A stretch of 64,000 bases of DNA from a virus (Duplodnaviria; Caudoviricetes), in IMG/VR virus record IMGVR_UViG_3300043748_000050, positions 1 to 64,000 of that record, one strand, 5' to 3'. The notes under the pieces are model-generated. The model did no database searches. It was given only the letters and a program-made list of their open reading frames with translations, and was not told where the DNA came from. The position numbers and the translations under genes are program-made. Position 1 is the first letter of the stretch. Each line of letters starts with the position of its first letter. Below, in pieces: positions 1 to 9,400 of this stretch.

Positions 1-2
1 AG

Positions 3-782
3 GAGTGGTGCGGTGGCGGCGCCACGCTGATGGACGAGTGCATCGCCGTCACGGGCACCGGCGGTTCGCCCGCTGCGCAGACGGCGATGTCCAGCAACGT
101 GGTCCAGCAGAACCGGGGCGCGACCGCGTTCACTGTCTACGCCGAGTTCGACTGTTCGCCCGTCGGTCAGGACGGCGAGCGGGACCAGGCCGAGGAGGCG
201 CTGTTGCGCACCGAGGCCTATCAGGTGTCTCGAGCTTTCTGGACAGGGCAGGCGGGCGCCACGGCCGGCGGAGCGGCGACCACGGTCTGGCCTCACCTGG
301 CCGCCAACACGGTGCTGGACGATCCGCAGGGCATCCGGCTTCAGACGGCGGCCGGGCCGATGATCACAGGTGGCGACGACGTGGCTATCGTCCTCGGCGC
401 ACTGGAGGCGCAGCTGGCCGCTTGTTACGGCGGTCTCGGCGTCATCCACGTCCCGTACACGGCGCTGCCGACCCTCGCCTCCCGGATGCTGGTCAAGGCG
501 GACGACTCCGGTCAGCTGCGCACCCTGGCGGGCAACGCGGTCATCTCCGGCCAGGGCTACATCGGTTCCGGGCCGGACGGCTCGACGCCTGCGGCCGGGA
601 CGACCTGGATCTACGCGACCGGCGCCCTGTTCGCCTACCGGTCCGACGTGTTCGTGCGGGACTTCCCCGGAACGCTCGACAGGGCCAAGAACACCATCCG
701 CAAGATCGCCAGTCGCAACTACTTGTTCGGTTTTGGGTGCTGCCATCTGGCGGCACTGCTCGACCTCGGCGTACCCGTCTAA
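3..782 (+). CDS. Virion head protein, 5'-truncated by the window edge; possibly an actinophage capsid pentamer-type protein
   Basis: Frame open from the window edge (EWCGGGATLMDEC...FTVYAEFDCSPVG); lies directly upstream of the major tail gene. Confidence 0.5.
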   Translation, partial: EWCGGGATLMDECIAVTGTGGSPAAQTAMSSNVVQQNRGATAFTVYAEFDCSPVGQDGERDQAEEALLRTEAYQVSRAFWTGQAGATAGGAATTVWPHLAANTVLDDPQGIRLQTAAGPMITGGDDVAIVLGALEAQLAACYGGLGVIHVPYTALPTLASRMLVKADDSGQLRTLAGNAVISGQGYIGSGPDGSTPAAGTTWIYATGALFAYRSDVFVRDFPGTLDRAKNTIRKIASRNYLFGFGCCHLAALLDLGVPV

Positions 783-793
783 GGGGTGAACCA

Positions 794-1492
794 GTGACAT
801 CTACCGTCGCCAGTGCGGCAACCCCGATCAAGGGGACGCACTACAGGATCGTGAAGCTCGACGCCTGCGGCAACCCGGTGACAGGGACCGGCTCCATGGT
901 CATCGTGTCCAAGGGCTTCGTGCAGGTACAGATGGACCCTCAGTACGAGGACGGTACGGAGTTCTTCGAGCGCACCGCCGACGGCTCGATCTGCGTGAAC
1001 CAGAAGGACGACCCGGTCCTCAAGCGCATGCAGCTCCAGATCGACTTCTGTGAGATCAACACCACCGGGGCCTCCTACATCGCCTCCGCGCGAGAACTGA
1101 CCGCCAACGCGGCAGGCGTCACCGGTATGGGCTTCGCTTTCAGCGAGGGCACGCCTTCCAACAGGTACAGCCTCGAGGTCTGGCAGAAGGTCGCCGGGTC
1201 CGGGAGCTGCGACCCGTCGGGCCTCCAGCGCTACATCTACAACGCGTGGCCGAACGTCGGTAGCACCAAGGTCGGCCAGTACCTGATCCAGAACGGCCGC
1301 ACGACATTCCAGATCACGTCGGAGACCATGCAGGCGTCTACCGCGCCTCTCATCGGCTGGGGTGACGGACCAGGGTCCGGGGCGAGCTACCTGCCGACGA
1401 ACGAGGTCGCGCAGGTGGGGGACCACTGGCTGTGGGCGATCACGACCGTGGCCCCGCCGAACCCTGGGATCAACCCGACCACACTGACGTGA
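794..1492 (+). CDS. Major tail tube protein
   Basis: GTG after AAGGGGTGA; RIVKLDACGNP...GFVQV...EDGTEF...ADGSIC pattern typical of actinophage major tail proteins. Confidence 0.7.
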   Translation: MTSTVASAATPIKGTHYRIVKLDACGNPVTGTGSMVIVSKGFVQVQMDPQYEDGTEFFERTADGSICVNQKDDPVLKRMQLQIDFCEINTTGASYIASARELTANAAGVTGMGFAFSEGTPSNRYSLEVWQKVAGSGSCDPSGLQRYIYNAWPNVGSTKVGQYLIQNGRTTFQITSETMQASTAPLIGWGDGPGSGASYLPTNEVAQVGDHWLWAITTVAPPNPGINPTTLT

Positions 1493-1788
1493 CCGTAGCC
1501 CTGGACAGCGAGCAGAGGTGGACGTGCCCGAACTGCACGACCACCTCTGTCACGCACGGGGCGGAGAACCGCTTCCACCCCTGCCCGGGTCTCGCCGGCT
1601 TCCTCGCCCCGATGGTCCTGGACGGGGTACGGGCCCGCGTGCGGGCCGTAGTCCGCGAGGACTACGTAGGCGCCGAGGACGTTCGCTACGACGACGCCGG
1701 ACGGCCGGTGATGTCCGTGGTGACCGACCGGGACGACGGCCGGGACTGCGTGGTCTACGCCCCGGCCGCGCACGTGAGGAGACGCTGA
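1489..1788 (+). CDS. Hypothetical Cys/His protein
   Basis: GTGA overlap with the upstream stop; CPNC...H..C. Confidence 0.6.
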   Translation: MTVALDSEQRWTCPNCTTTSVTHGAENRFHPCPGLAGFLAPMVLDGVRARVRAVVREDYVGAEDVRYDDAGRPVMSVVTDRDDGRDCVVYAPAAHVRRR

Positions 1789-2270
1789 TGGCCTGGACGG
1801 ACAGCCACGTTTTCCGTGAGTGGGTCCTCGGCCCGATGTTGCAGGCCGACGCCACCGGATACACCGGGCTCGACAGCGACAGCGTCAAGGTCGCCCTGTT
1901 CGACAACACGGTCACGCCGGACAAGGACGCGGCGGTCACCTCCACCGGCTACAACAGCGGCACCTGGACCGCAGCGCGCGAGGTGTCCGGCGGCGCCAAC
2001 TGGCCCTCTACCGGCCTGGCCCTGTCCGGCAAGACGGTCAGCTCGCCAGGCTCCGGCTTGGCCATGTTCGACGCGAACGACTTGCCCGCGTCAGGCACGG
2101 TCACCCTGTCCAACGCCTACGGCTGCCTCGTCTACGACGACACGATCAGCGGCGGCACCGTGGCTGACCAAGGCATCTGCTTCCTGTACTTCGGCGGGGC
2201 ACAGTCCGTCGTGTCAGGCAGCTTCACGTGCGTCTGGTCGAGTAACGGCATCGTGCGGTTTTCGGCGTAG
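1788..2270 (+). CDS. Virion structural protein
   Basis: TGATG coupling; MAWTDSH...DSVKVALFD; beta-rich; within structural operon. Confidence 0.6.
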   Translation: MAWTDSHVFREWVLGPMLQADATGYTGLDSDSVKVALFDNTVTPDKDAAVTSTGYNSGTWTAAREVSGGANWPSTGLALSGKTVSSPGSGLAMFDANDLPASGTVTLSNAYGCLVYDDTISGGTVADQGICFLYFGGAQSVVSGSFTCVWSSNGIVRFSA

Positions 2271-2283
2271 GGGTGATTTCGCT

Positions 2284-3384
2284 GTGGGCATTCCCGCAGG
2301 GGTCGAGTCGGTCGTCATCTCCGACGGCGGCGTGGCGATCACGGGTCCCGACGGCACCCCGCTGGAGGGGTCCTTCACCGTGACCGGCCCGGTCCTTGCC
2401 ACGGTGGCGGAGGACGACTTCCTGTTCAGCGGCCTCGCGCGCAGGTGGGTGACCGGCGGCCGCTTCAACGACCTCCCTCTGGTGGCCACCGACGCTCACG
2501 GCATCGACCCGGCCGGCTTCACGTACACGGTCGTCTTCACCCCGAAGTACGGCACACCCTGGACACGGTACTTCCAGCTCCCGAAGGCCTCGCCCGCCGT
2601 CGTCCTGGCGGACATCCTGATCCCCGATCCGGTGGCTGGCTCGTACAGCGTGCTCGCCGACCCGTCCACGCTGCTGGCCAAGGCCGCGAACCTGTCCGAC
2701 GTCGCCGACCCGACAGCCGCGCGCGGGCATCTCGGGCTCGGCAGCGCCGCCACGGAGAACATCGGCACCGGCGCCGGAACCGTGGCGGCCGGGGACGACA
2801 GCCGGCTGTCCAACGCGCGGCCGCCGACCGCTCACGCGGGCACGCACGGCTTTGGCGGCACGGACCCGGTGACCGTGGCGCAGTCACAGGTGACCGGCCT
2901 CGTCGCCGCTCTGGCGGCTCTGCTGGCCAAGGCCGGCGGCACGGTGACCGGAGACCTCACGGTGAACGGCGCCAACCTCACCGTCGCGCGTCAGGACGGC
3001 ACGGGGGCGTTCAGGTTCCGCGTCACAGGCGGCGGCCTGGATCTGGAGATCGCCGGACTGGACGTCGTGGTCTCCTCGTGGTCGAATCCTGACTTCACCG
3101 GGACTCAGCACAACATCGCCCGCTGGGAGTCGGCCGGTCCGCACATGGTCGGGAAGACTCAGTTCGGGACGAGTCCGTTCGATGCCGTCCACACCATCGA
3201 CGCCGGAACCGGGGTGGCCAGCCTCGGCGCGAAGAACGGGTTGGTCAACCTCGGGTTCGCAGGGTTCAAAGGCACGTCCGGGGCGCCGTCGACAGGCACC
3301 TGGGCGACAGGCGACGTGGTCCTGGACTCCGCAGGGGCGTGGCACCGGTGCACGGCCGGCGGAACGCCCGGGACATGGACGTAA
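2284..3384 (+). CDS. Fibre-like structural protein
   Basis: GTG after GGGGTGA; NLSDVA..AAR..LGLG and GTVAAGDDSRLSNAR fibre motifs. Confidence 0.6.
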   Translation: MGIPAGVESVVISDGGVAITGPDGTPLEGSFTVTGPVLATVAEDDFLFSGLARRWVTGGRFNDLPLVATDAHGIDPAGFTYTVVFTPKYGTPWTRYFQLPKASPAVVLADILIPDPVAGSYSVLADPSTLLAKAANLSDVADPTAARGHLGLGSAATENIGTGAGTVAAGDDSRLSNARPPTAHAGTHGFGGTDPVTVAQSQVTGLVAALAALLAKAGGTVTGDLTVNGANLTVARQDGTGAFRFRVTGGGLDLEIAGLDVVVSSWSNPDFTGTQHNIARWESAGPHMVGKTQFGTSPFDAVHTIDAGTGVASLGAKNGLVNLGFAGFKGTSGAPSTGTWATGDVVLDSAGAWHRCTAGGTPGTWT

Positions 3385-3393
3385 GGGGACGCA

Positions 3394-4182
3394 GTGGCTG
3401 ACTTCGGACCGATCGACCCGTGGCCCCTTTACTGGACCTGCGACGTCTCCTCGTACAGCCCCGAACTGACCGGGTACGCAGTGACCGCCGCCACGAGGAT
3501 CCTGTGGGCCCTGTCCGGCCGGCGCTTCGGCCTCACCACGGTGACGCTGCGCCCGTGCGCCGAGGACTGCCGCACCGGGGGCGGCTTCCCGTACTACGAG
3601 TCGTGGGAGTGGAGAACCGGGTACGCGATGCCGCCGTGGGACTTCTACCGGCTGCCGTACTGCTCCGGCGACTGCTCGGGGACATGCTCGTGCAAGCACG
3701 TCTCGCAAGTGCGCCTCCCGTCCCCGGTGGACTCCGTCACGGCCGTGAAAGTCGACGGGGTGACGCTGGGTCCGTCCGCCTACCGGCTGGACAACAACCG
3801 CCTCCTGGTGCGCACCGACGGGACCCGCTGGCCGCGCTGTAACGACCTGAACTTGGCGGACACCGAGGTCGGCACGTGGTCGGTGACGGCCAAGTACGGC
3901 GAGGACGTCCCCGACTCCGGGCGCCTGGCCATGGGTGAACTCGCCTGCGAAGTGGCCAAGGCGGCATCCGGCGTGGACTGCCGGCTGCCGCCGGCAGTGA
4001 CCCAGATCGTGCGCCAGGGCGTGACCATCTCCGTGCCGGACTTCGGGCAGTACCTGCTCCACGGGAAGACGGGCCTGTACCTGGTCGACATGTTCCTGGC
4101 CTCGGAGAACCCGAAGGCCTTGCGCCAGCGCGCCCGCGTGTACGACGTGGACCACATGATGCCGAGGCGGGCCGGATCGTGA
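3394..4182 (+). CDS. Head-to-tail adaptor
   Basis: ILWALSGRRFG..TLRPC and ELACE...CRLP...RQGV motifs; synteny. Confidence 0.6.
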   Translation: MADFGPIDPWPLYWTCDVSSYSPELTGYAVTAATRILWALSGRRFGLTTVTLRPCAEDCRTGGGFPYYESWEWRTGYAMPPWDFYRLPYCSGDCSGTCSCKHVSQVRLPSPVDSVTAVKVDGVTLGPSAYRLDNNRLLVRTDGTRWPRCNDLNLADTEVGTWSVTAKYGEDVPDSGRLAMGELACEVAKAASGVDCRLPPAVTQIVRQGVTISVPDFGQYLLHGKTGLYLVDMFLASENPKALRQRARVYDVDHMMPRRAGS

Positions 4183-4688
4183 GCACCTACGCCGGACCGC
4201 TGAAGTGGTTCTCCCTGGCCAAGGACATTCTGACCTACGTCAACGCGAACACGACGGCGCAGTACGGTCGGGTGGCCGTGGTCCCCGGGCTGATCGCGTG
4301 GGACGGCTGCGACTGCGGCGCGCTGTACATGATGGTGAACCAGACGTACGCGAGTGAATTGTGGCCGATGCAGAAGACCGAGGCCGACCTGTCCGACGGC
4401 TGCACCGCCCTGTACGAGGGGGCCGAGCTGGTACTTCAGGTGATGCAGTGTGCGCCGAGCCCGCAGGGACAGTCGGCCGCGCCGACCGTGGACGCGCAGG
4501 AGGCCTGCGCCATGCTGGTGCGCCGGGACGCGTACGAGACATACCGGGCCGTCAACTCATTCCTGTGCGTGGCTAGGGCGGACCGGGACGTGGAGGAGTT
4601 CATCATGGACGCACAGATGGTGCAGGGGCCGTCGGGCGGCTGCGTGGGCAGCGAGCTGCGGTTCCGCGTCGCCCTGACCTGGGAGTGA
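4179..4688 (+). CDS. Head-tail joining / tail terminator-like protein
   Basis: GTGA coupling; WDGCDCG...GPSGGCVG; position in operon. Confidence 0.5.
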   Translation: MSTYAGPLKWFSLAKDILTYVNANTTAQYGRVAVVPGLIAWDGCDCGALYMMVNQTYASELWPMQKTEADLSDGCTALYEGAELVLQVMQCAPSPQGQSAAPTVDAQEACAMLVRRDAYETYRAVNSFLCVARADRDVEEFIMDAQMVQGPSGGCVGSELRFRVALTWE

Positions 4689-4692
4689 CCCT

Positions 4693-5076
4693 ATGCCCGC
4701 AGACTTCCTGACGATCGACCGGTCCAAGCTGGACAACCTCGCCCGCAAGGGGTCGGCGGCCATCGTCCAGCGGATCACCCTGCGGGCTGCGGCCATCGCG
4801 GCGGCCACGGCCCCGGGCCACATGGGGCAGACCGTGAGGCCCATCTTCAAGGGCTCCAAGGCGAATCCGCTCGGCATCGTGATGGTGGATCACCCGGCCG
4901 CGACGTACGTCATGAACGGCACGTCCCCGCACCCTATCCTCCCGCGCAAGCCGAACGGGGTGTTGCGCTTCACCATGGGCGGGAAGGTCGTGTACGCCCG
5001 GTCCGTTCAGCACCCCGGGACGAAGCCGAACCCCTTCCTATGGCGGGCCCTGCTCGCCGCGAAGTTCAACGGCTGA
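4693..5076 (+). CDS. HK97 gp10-like neck / tail completion protein
   Basis: GTSPHPI.P...LRF....V..HPGTKPNPFL motif. Confidence 0.6.
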   Translation: MPADFLTIDRSKLDNLARKGSAAIVQRITLRAAAIAAATAPGHMGQTVRPIFKGSKANPLGIVMVDHPAATYVMNGTSPHPILPRKPNGVLRFTMGGKVVYARSVQHPGTKPNPFLWRALLAAKFNG

Positions 5077-5091
5077 CCGGCACCGGAGCCG

Positions 5092-5730
5092 CTAGGGCCC
5101 GGAGGATGCGGCTTTGTTTTCCCGGTACCACTCGCGGGACGTGGTCTTCCGGCACGCCCGGCAATTCTTCTTTCCGCTCGGGCTCACGTAAGTGTTCTCG
5201 TCGTTGTACGGGTGCCCCTGCGGGCAGTGCGTCTTGGTCGGACGCCCTCGGGCAGGCCCGCGCGTCTTTTCGATGTGCCTTCGAGACCGAGCCCTGTTGC
5301 AAGTCGGGCAGCGCCTCCAGCCGTTCTTATCACCTCGAGCGTCGTCGCCGTAGGGGTGGCCGTTCGGGCAGTGGGTCGCCTTGGCTGCGGCCAACCGGAG
5401 GGCCTCCCCGGCTTGCCCCCGCTGCACGTTGATCGCGTGGGTGACGATGTCCAGGTGCCACGGGTTCCAGCACGCGCGGTTCCGACACAGGTGATCGGGC
5501 TCCAGACCCTCAGGTACCGGTCCGATCAGTTCTAGATACGCGGCCCGGTGGGATGAGGTGGTCTTCCCGTTCCCGACCCAGACCCGGGAGTAGCCCTCAG
5601 GGTCCAGTGCCCCCGTGTAAACCCAGCACGGAAGAAACAGGCCACGAGTGAAGCAGACGGCCTCACGTGATCGGGCGGCTAGCCGTTCAACGGGGCTTTT
5701 CCGCACGGTGTCTTCCTCCGGATTCCTCAT
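5092..5730 (-). CDS. HNH homing-type endonuclease
   Basis: CW.YTG....GY...HRAAY...DHLCRNRACWNP.HL...N; two THCPxGHPY Zn repeats; antisense to the operon. Confidence 0.85.
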   Translation of the reverse strand: MRNPEEDTVRKSPVERLAARSREAVCFTRGLFLPCWVYTGALDPEGYSRVWVGNGKTTSSHRAAYLELIGPVPEGLEPDHLCRNRACWNPWHLDIVTHAINVQRGQAGEALRLAAAKATHCPNGHPYGDDARGDKNGWRRCPTCNRARSRRHIEKTRGPARGRPTKTHCPQGHPYNDENTYVSPSGKKNCRACRKTTSREWYRENKAASSGP

Positions 5731-5836
5731 TCCTCGGTCATTGAATACGTACCCGGGGGATCATTTAATTAAACCGACCTCAACCCCGACACGCGCTCCG
5801 GACTGATCTTGAAAGAACTGGTCTTACCTTGCCAAG

Positions 5837-6259
5837 GTGCGAGATTTTACGAGGCAACCCAAGGTCATCGAGTTCCGGATCGATGACGACGTGTTCCGGT
5901 GCCACCCGCGCCTGCCCGCGCAGGTACTGATCGATTTCGCCGTCGAGGCCGACGCGATGGGTGACAGTCCGACCGGTGAGCAGGGTATCCGGGCGATGCT
6001 CGGCGTGCTCGAGGCCACGCTGTCGGCCGAGCAGTACCGCCGGTTCCGGGATCGCATGAAGGACCCGGTCAACCCTATCGATTTCGAGCAGGTCAACGAA
6101 GTCGTGCCGTACATCATGGAGTCCTACGGGCTGCGCCCTACCACGCCATCCGAGGAATCCTCGGATGGGCCCTCCAGCCCGGGACCTGGCACCAGCTCGA
6201 CGGAGAGCACACGTCCCGTGGAGTTGATCTCTGCCAGCTCCCCCTCGATCGCTTCCTGA
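5837..6259 (+). CDS. Tail assembly chaperone (G-like)
   Basis: Upstream of the tape measure gene; YGLRPT motif. Confidence 0.75.
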   Translation: MRDFTRQPKVIEFRIDDDVFRCHPRLPAQVLIDFAVEADAMGDSPTGEQGIRAMLGVLEATLSAEQYRRFRDRMKDPVNPIDFEQVNEVVPYIMESYGLRPTTPSEESSDGPSSPGPGTSSTESTRPVELISASSPSIAS

Positions 6260-6492
6260 ACTGCCTGTACGCGGCCATGTGCGAGCGCCTTGAGCCCAAG
6301 AACGAGAACGAGAACCCCGAGGTCACTCGCAAGAGGTTCGACGCCAGCCTGAGCGTCAAACGGTGGCGCATCACGCCTGACGACACGGACCGGTACGCCG
6401 AAGCGGTCGTGGACGAGGGCGCGCCCTGGTGGTGGGAAGGCGACGCCGAAGCGTCCGACAGCTTCCTGGAGGCGATGGGGGTGAGCCTCTGA
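6136..6492 (+). CDS. Tail assembly chaperone -1 frame extension (GT-like)
   Basis: The -1 frame is open through CCC-TAC at 6136 (PYHAIRGILGW...LDG...LPLDRFLN) to the stop overlapping the tape measure ATG. Confidence 0.65.
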   Translation, partial: PYHAIRGILGWALQPGTWHQLDGEHTSRGVDLCQLPLDRFLNCLYAAMCERLEPKNENENPEVTRKRFDASLSVKRWRITPDDTDRYAEAVVDEGAPWWWEGDAEASDSFLEAMGVSL

Positions 6493-9400
6493 TGGAAACG
6501 GGCCTGACAGCGGTCGTCGGCCGGGGCGTAGTCGAGATCCTCCCGGACTTCAAGAAGTGGGGTGCGGAACTCAGCACCCAGATGAAGACCGCTCGCTCCC
6601 AGCTCGACGGCACGGCCGCAGGCTTGAAGAAGTCGGCCGCCACGGTCGGCGGTGCCATGGCTTCCGTCGGCAAGGGCACTACGGCTCTCGGTCTCGGCGT
6701 GGCCGCCGTGTCGGTCAAGATGGCCTCCGACTTCCAGGCGCACACGGCCGTCCTCCAGACCGCTGCGGGCGAGACGTCCAAGGGCCTCGCGGTGGTGCGC
6801 CAAGGCATCAAGGACATCGCGGTCGGAACGGGCACAGGCATACAGAACCTGACCGACGGCATGTACACGATCGAGAAGGCCGGCTATCGGGGCAGCGCGG
6901 GCCTGATGGTGCTCAAGGCGGCGGCCCAGGGCGCTCGCGAGGAGAACGCCAAGCTGTCCGACGTCACCAACGCCATGACGTCGGTCATGGCGAGCTACCA
7001 CCTCAAGGCTACCGACAGCGTCCGCGTGATGAACGGCATGAAGACCGCTGCGGGCGAGGGCAAGATCACGATGGAGGAGTTCAGCGGCGCCCTGTCGACC
7101 GTGCTGCCGATCGCGTCCGCCAACCACATCGCCTTCGAGGACATCGCCGGCTCCATGGCGACGTTGACCCAGCACGGTACGACCGCCCGCGAGGCGACTC
7201 ACGAACTGGCCGCCACCATTCGGGCGCTGGCTTCGCCGAACAACGTCGCAAGCCGCGAGATGGCCCGCTTCGGGCTGTCCGCCGTCGACGTGTCGACTCA
7301 CCTGGGTCAGCGCGGCCTGTCCGGCACGGTGAATCTGCTGTCCGAGACCATCCTCAAGCAGATGGGTCCGGCGGGGACCCGCTTGCAGAAGGTTCTGGAG
7401 GGTACGAAGCAGTCTGGTCAGGACGTCCAGATCATGCTCAAGAACATGCCGGACGCGGTCCGGGGGCTGGCTCAGCAGTACCTCACGGGCTCGGTGTCGG
7501 CGCACGACTTCGCCAAGGCCGCGAAGGAAGTGAGCGTCGAGAACAAACCGCTGCTGCGGAACTTCGTCACGCTGGTCGACCGCAACCGAGGCTTCAGCCG
7601 GGAGCTGAAGAACGGCGGACCGGCCATGCAGACGTACACGGACGCCCTGAAGAAGATGTCCGGCGGCGCCATCGGCCTGAACACGATTCTCCAGCTCACC
7701 GGCGAGAACGCGAAGGGCAACGCGGAACGCATTTCGAAGGTGGGCAAGTCCTTCCACGATTCGTCCAAGAGCGTGGAGGGTTGGAAGCAGACTTCCAAGC
7801 TCTTGTCCGTGCAGCTGGACCGGATGAAGATGCAGTTCCAGGTGCTCGCCATCGACCTGGGCACCAAGCTGATCCCGGTCATCTCCGCCGTCGTCGGCTT
7901 CTTCGCCGAGCATCGCTCCATCCTGATGGCCGTGGCCGTGGCGATGGGTGTGTTCCTCGCAGCCACGTCGGCCGCGTACATCGGGCTGAAGCTGTACGCC
8001 GCGTACACGAAGATCGCCACCGCCGCGACGCTCCTGTGGAACCTGGCCACCCAGGAGGGTGGGGCAGGCATCCTGCTGCTGCGAGGGCAACTGGCGGCCC
8101 TGTTCGTGTGGGAGAAACTCCAGGCGACGTGGACAGGCATCGTCACGGCCGCGCAGTGGGCGTGGAACGCCGCGATGACCGCCAGCCCCATCGGACTGAT
8201 CATCGTCGGCATCGGTCTGCTAGTCGGCGCCATCGTCCTGATCGCCACCAAAACGCGCTGGTTCCAGGAACTGTGGTCGGCCATCTGGGGGTTCATCAAG
8301 GCGCCGGTGATGGCGTTCGTCGGTTGGCTCAAGAACAACTGGCAGCTGGTGATCTGGGGCATCCTCACCGGCGGCATCGGCATTGCCGTCGCGGAGATCG
8401 TCCGACACTGGGCCGGGATCAAGCACGCCTTCAGCGCGACGATCGACTGGATCAAGAAAGCCGTACCCGAGGCGTATCACGCGGTGATCGACTGGTTCCA
8501 GCGGATGGGTTCGGACATCGGCGGGTTCTTCTCCAAATTGCCGGGGCAACTGGGGCGGTTCTTCTCCGCGCTGCCCGGCGAAATAGGCGGGTTCTTCTCG
8601 GGCCTGTGGAAGTCGGTCTCCTCGTTCTTCTCGAAGCTGCCCCATGAGATAGCCTCGACCACCGCCAACTGGGGGCACGCGCTCGAGAGCGGCGGCGAGG
8701 ATCTGATCTCGGGCCTGTTCCACGGCGCCACCACGTTCTTCACCAAGACCCTCCCGGGGTTCTTCAAGACGATCTGGCACGGGATTGTCGACTTTTTCAA
8801 GGCCGTGTTCGGTATCCACAGCCCCAGCACAGTCATGGCCGATCTCGGCGTGAACCTGATGATGGGTCTGTTCAACGGCATGCTGAAGATCGCGTCCACG
8901 CTCGTGAGCTTCCTGAACACCCACGTGGTCCAGCCCATGGTGGGCTTCTTCACCAAGACCATCCCGGCCGCAGCGTCGTGGATGGCTCGCCAGGTGGTCG
9001 CCTTCTGGCAGAACGAGCTGACCGGACTGCACGGCATCTGGAACTTCATCCAGAAGTACGTGGTCAACCCGCTGATATGGGTGTTCACCAAAGCCATCCC
9101 GACCGCCGCGTCGTGGATGGCCGACCAGATCGTCGGCACCTGGATGTACGAGTACCGGGGCATCCTCGTCATCTGGGGATGGCTCCAGAAGTACGTGATC
9201 AACCCCCTGGGCACGTTCTTCACCAAGACGATCCCCGACTGGGCGTCGTGGATGCGGAACGAGGTCGTCTCGCTCTGGCAGTCCACATACACCGGACTGT
9301 CCACCATCTGGGGCTGGATCAGAAAATACGTGCTCGACCCGATCGGAAACTTCTTCACCAAGACGATTCCCGACTGGGCCGGAAGCCTGCGCAACCTGGT

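Noticed and set aside
5-793. N-terminal 263 aa of ORF 5..1492
   Set aside because: Arg-rich off-frame overlap of the upstream gene; the real start is GTG 794 with an RBS.
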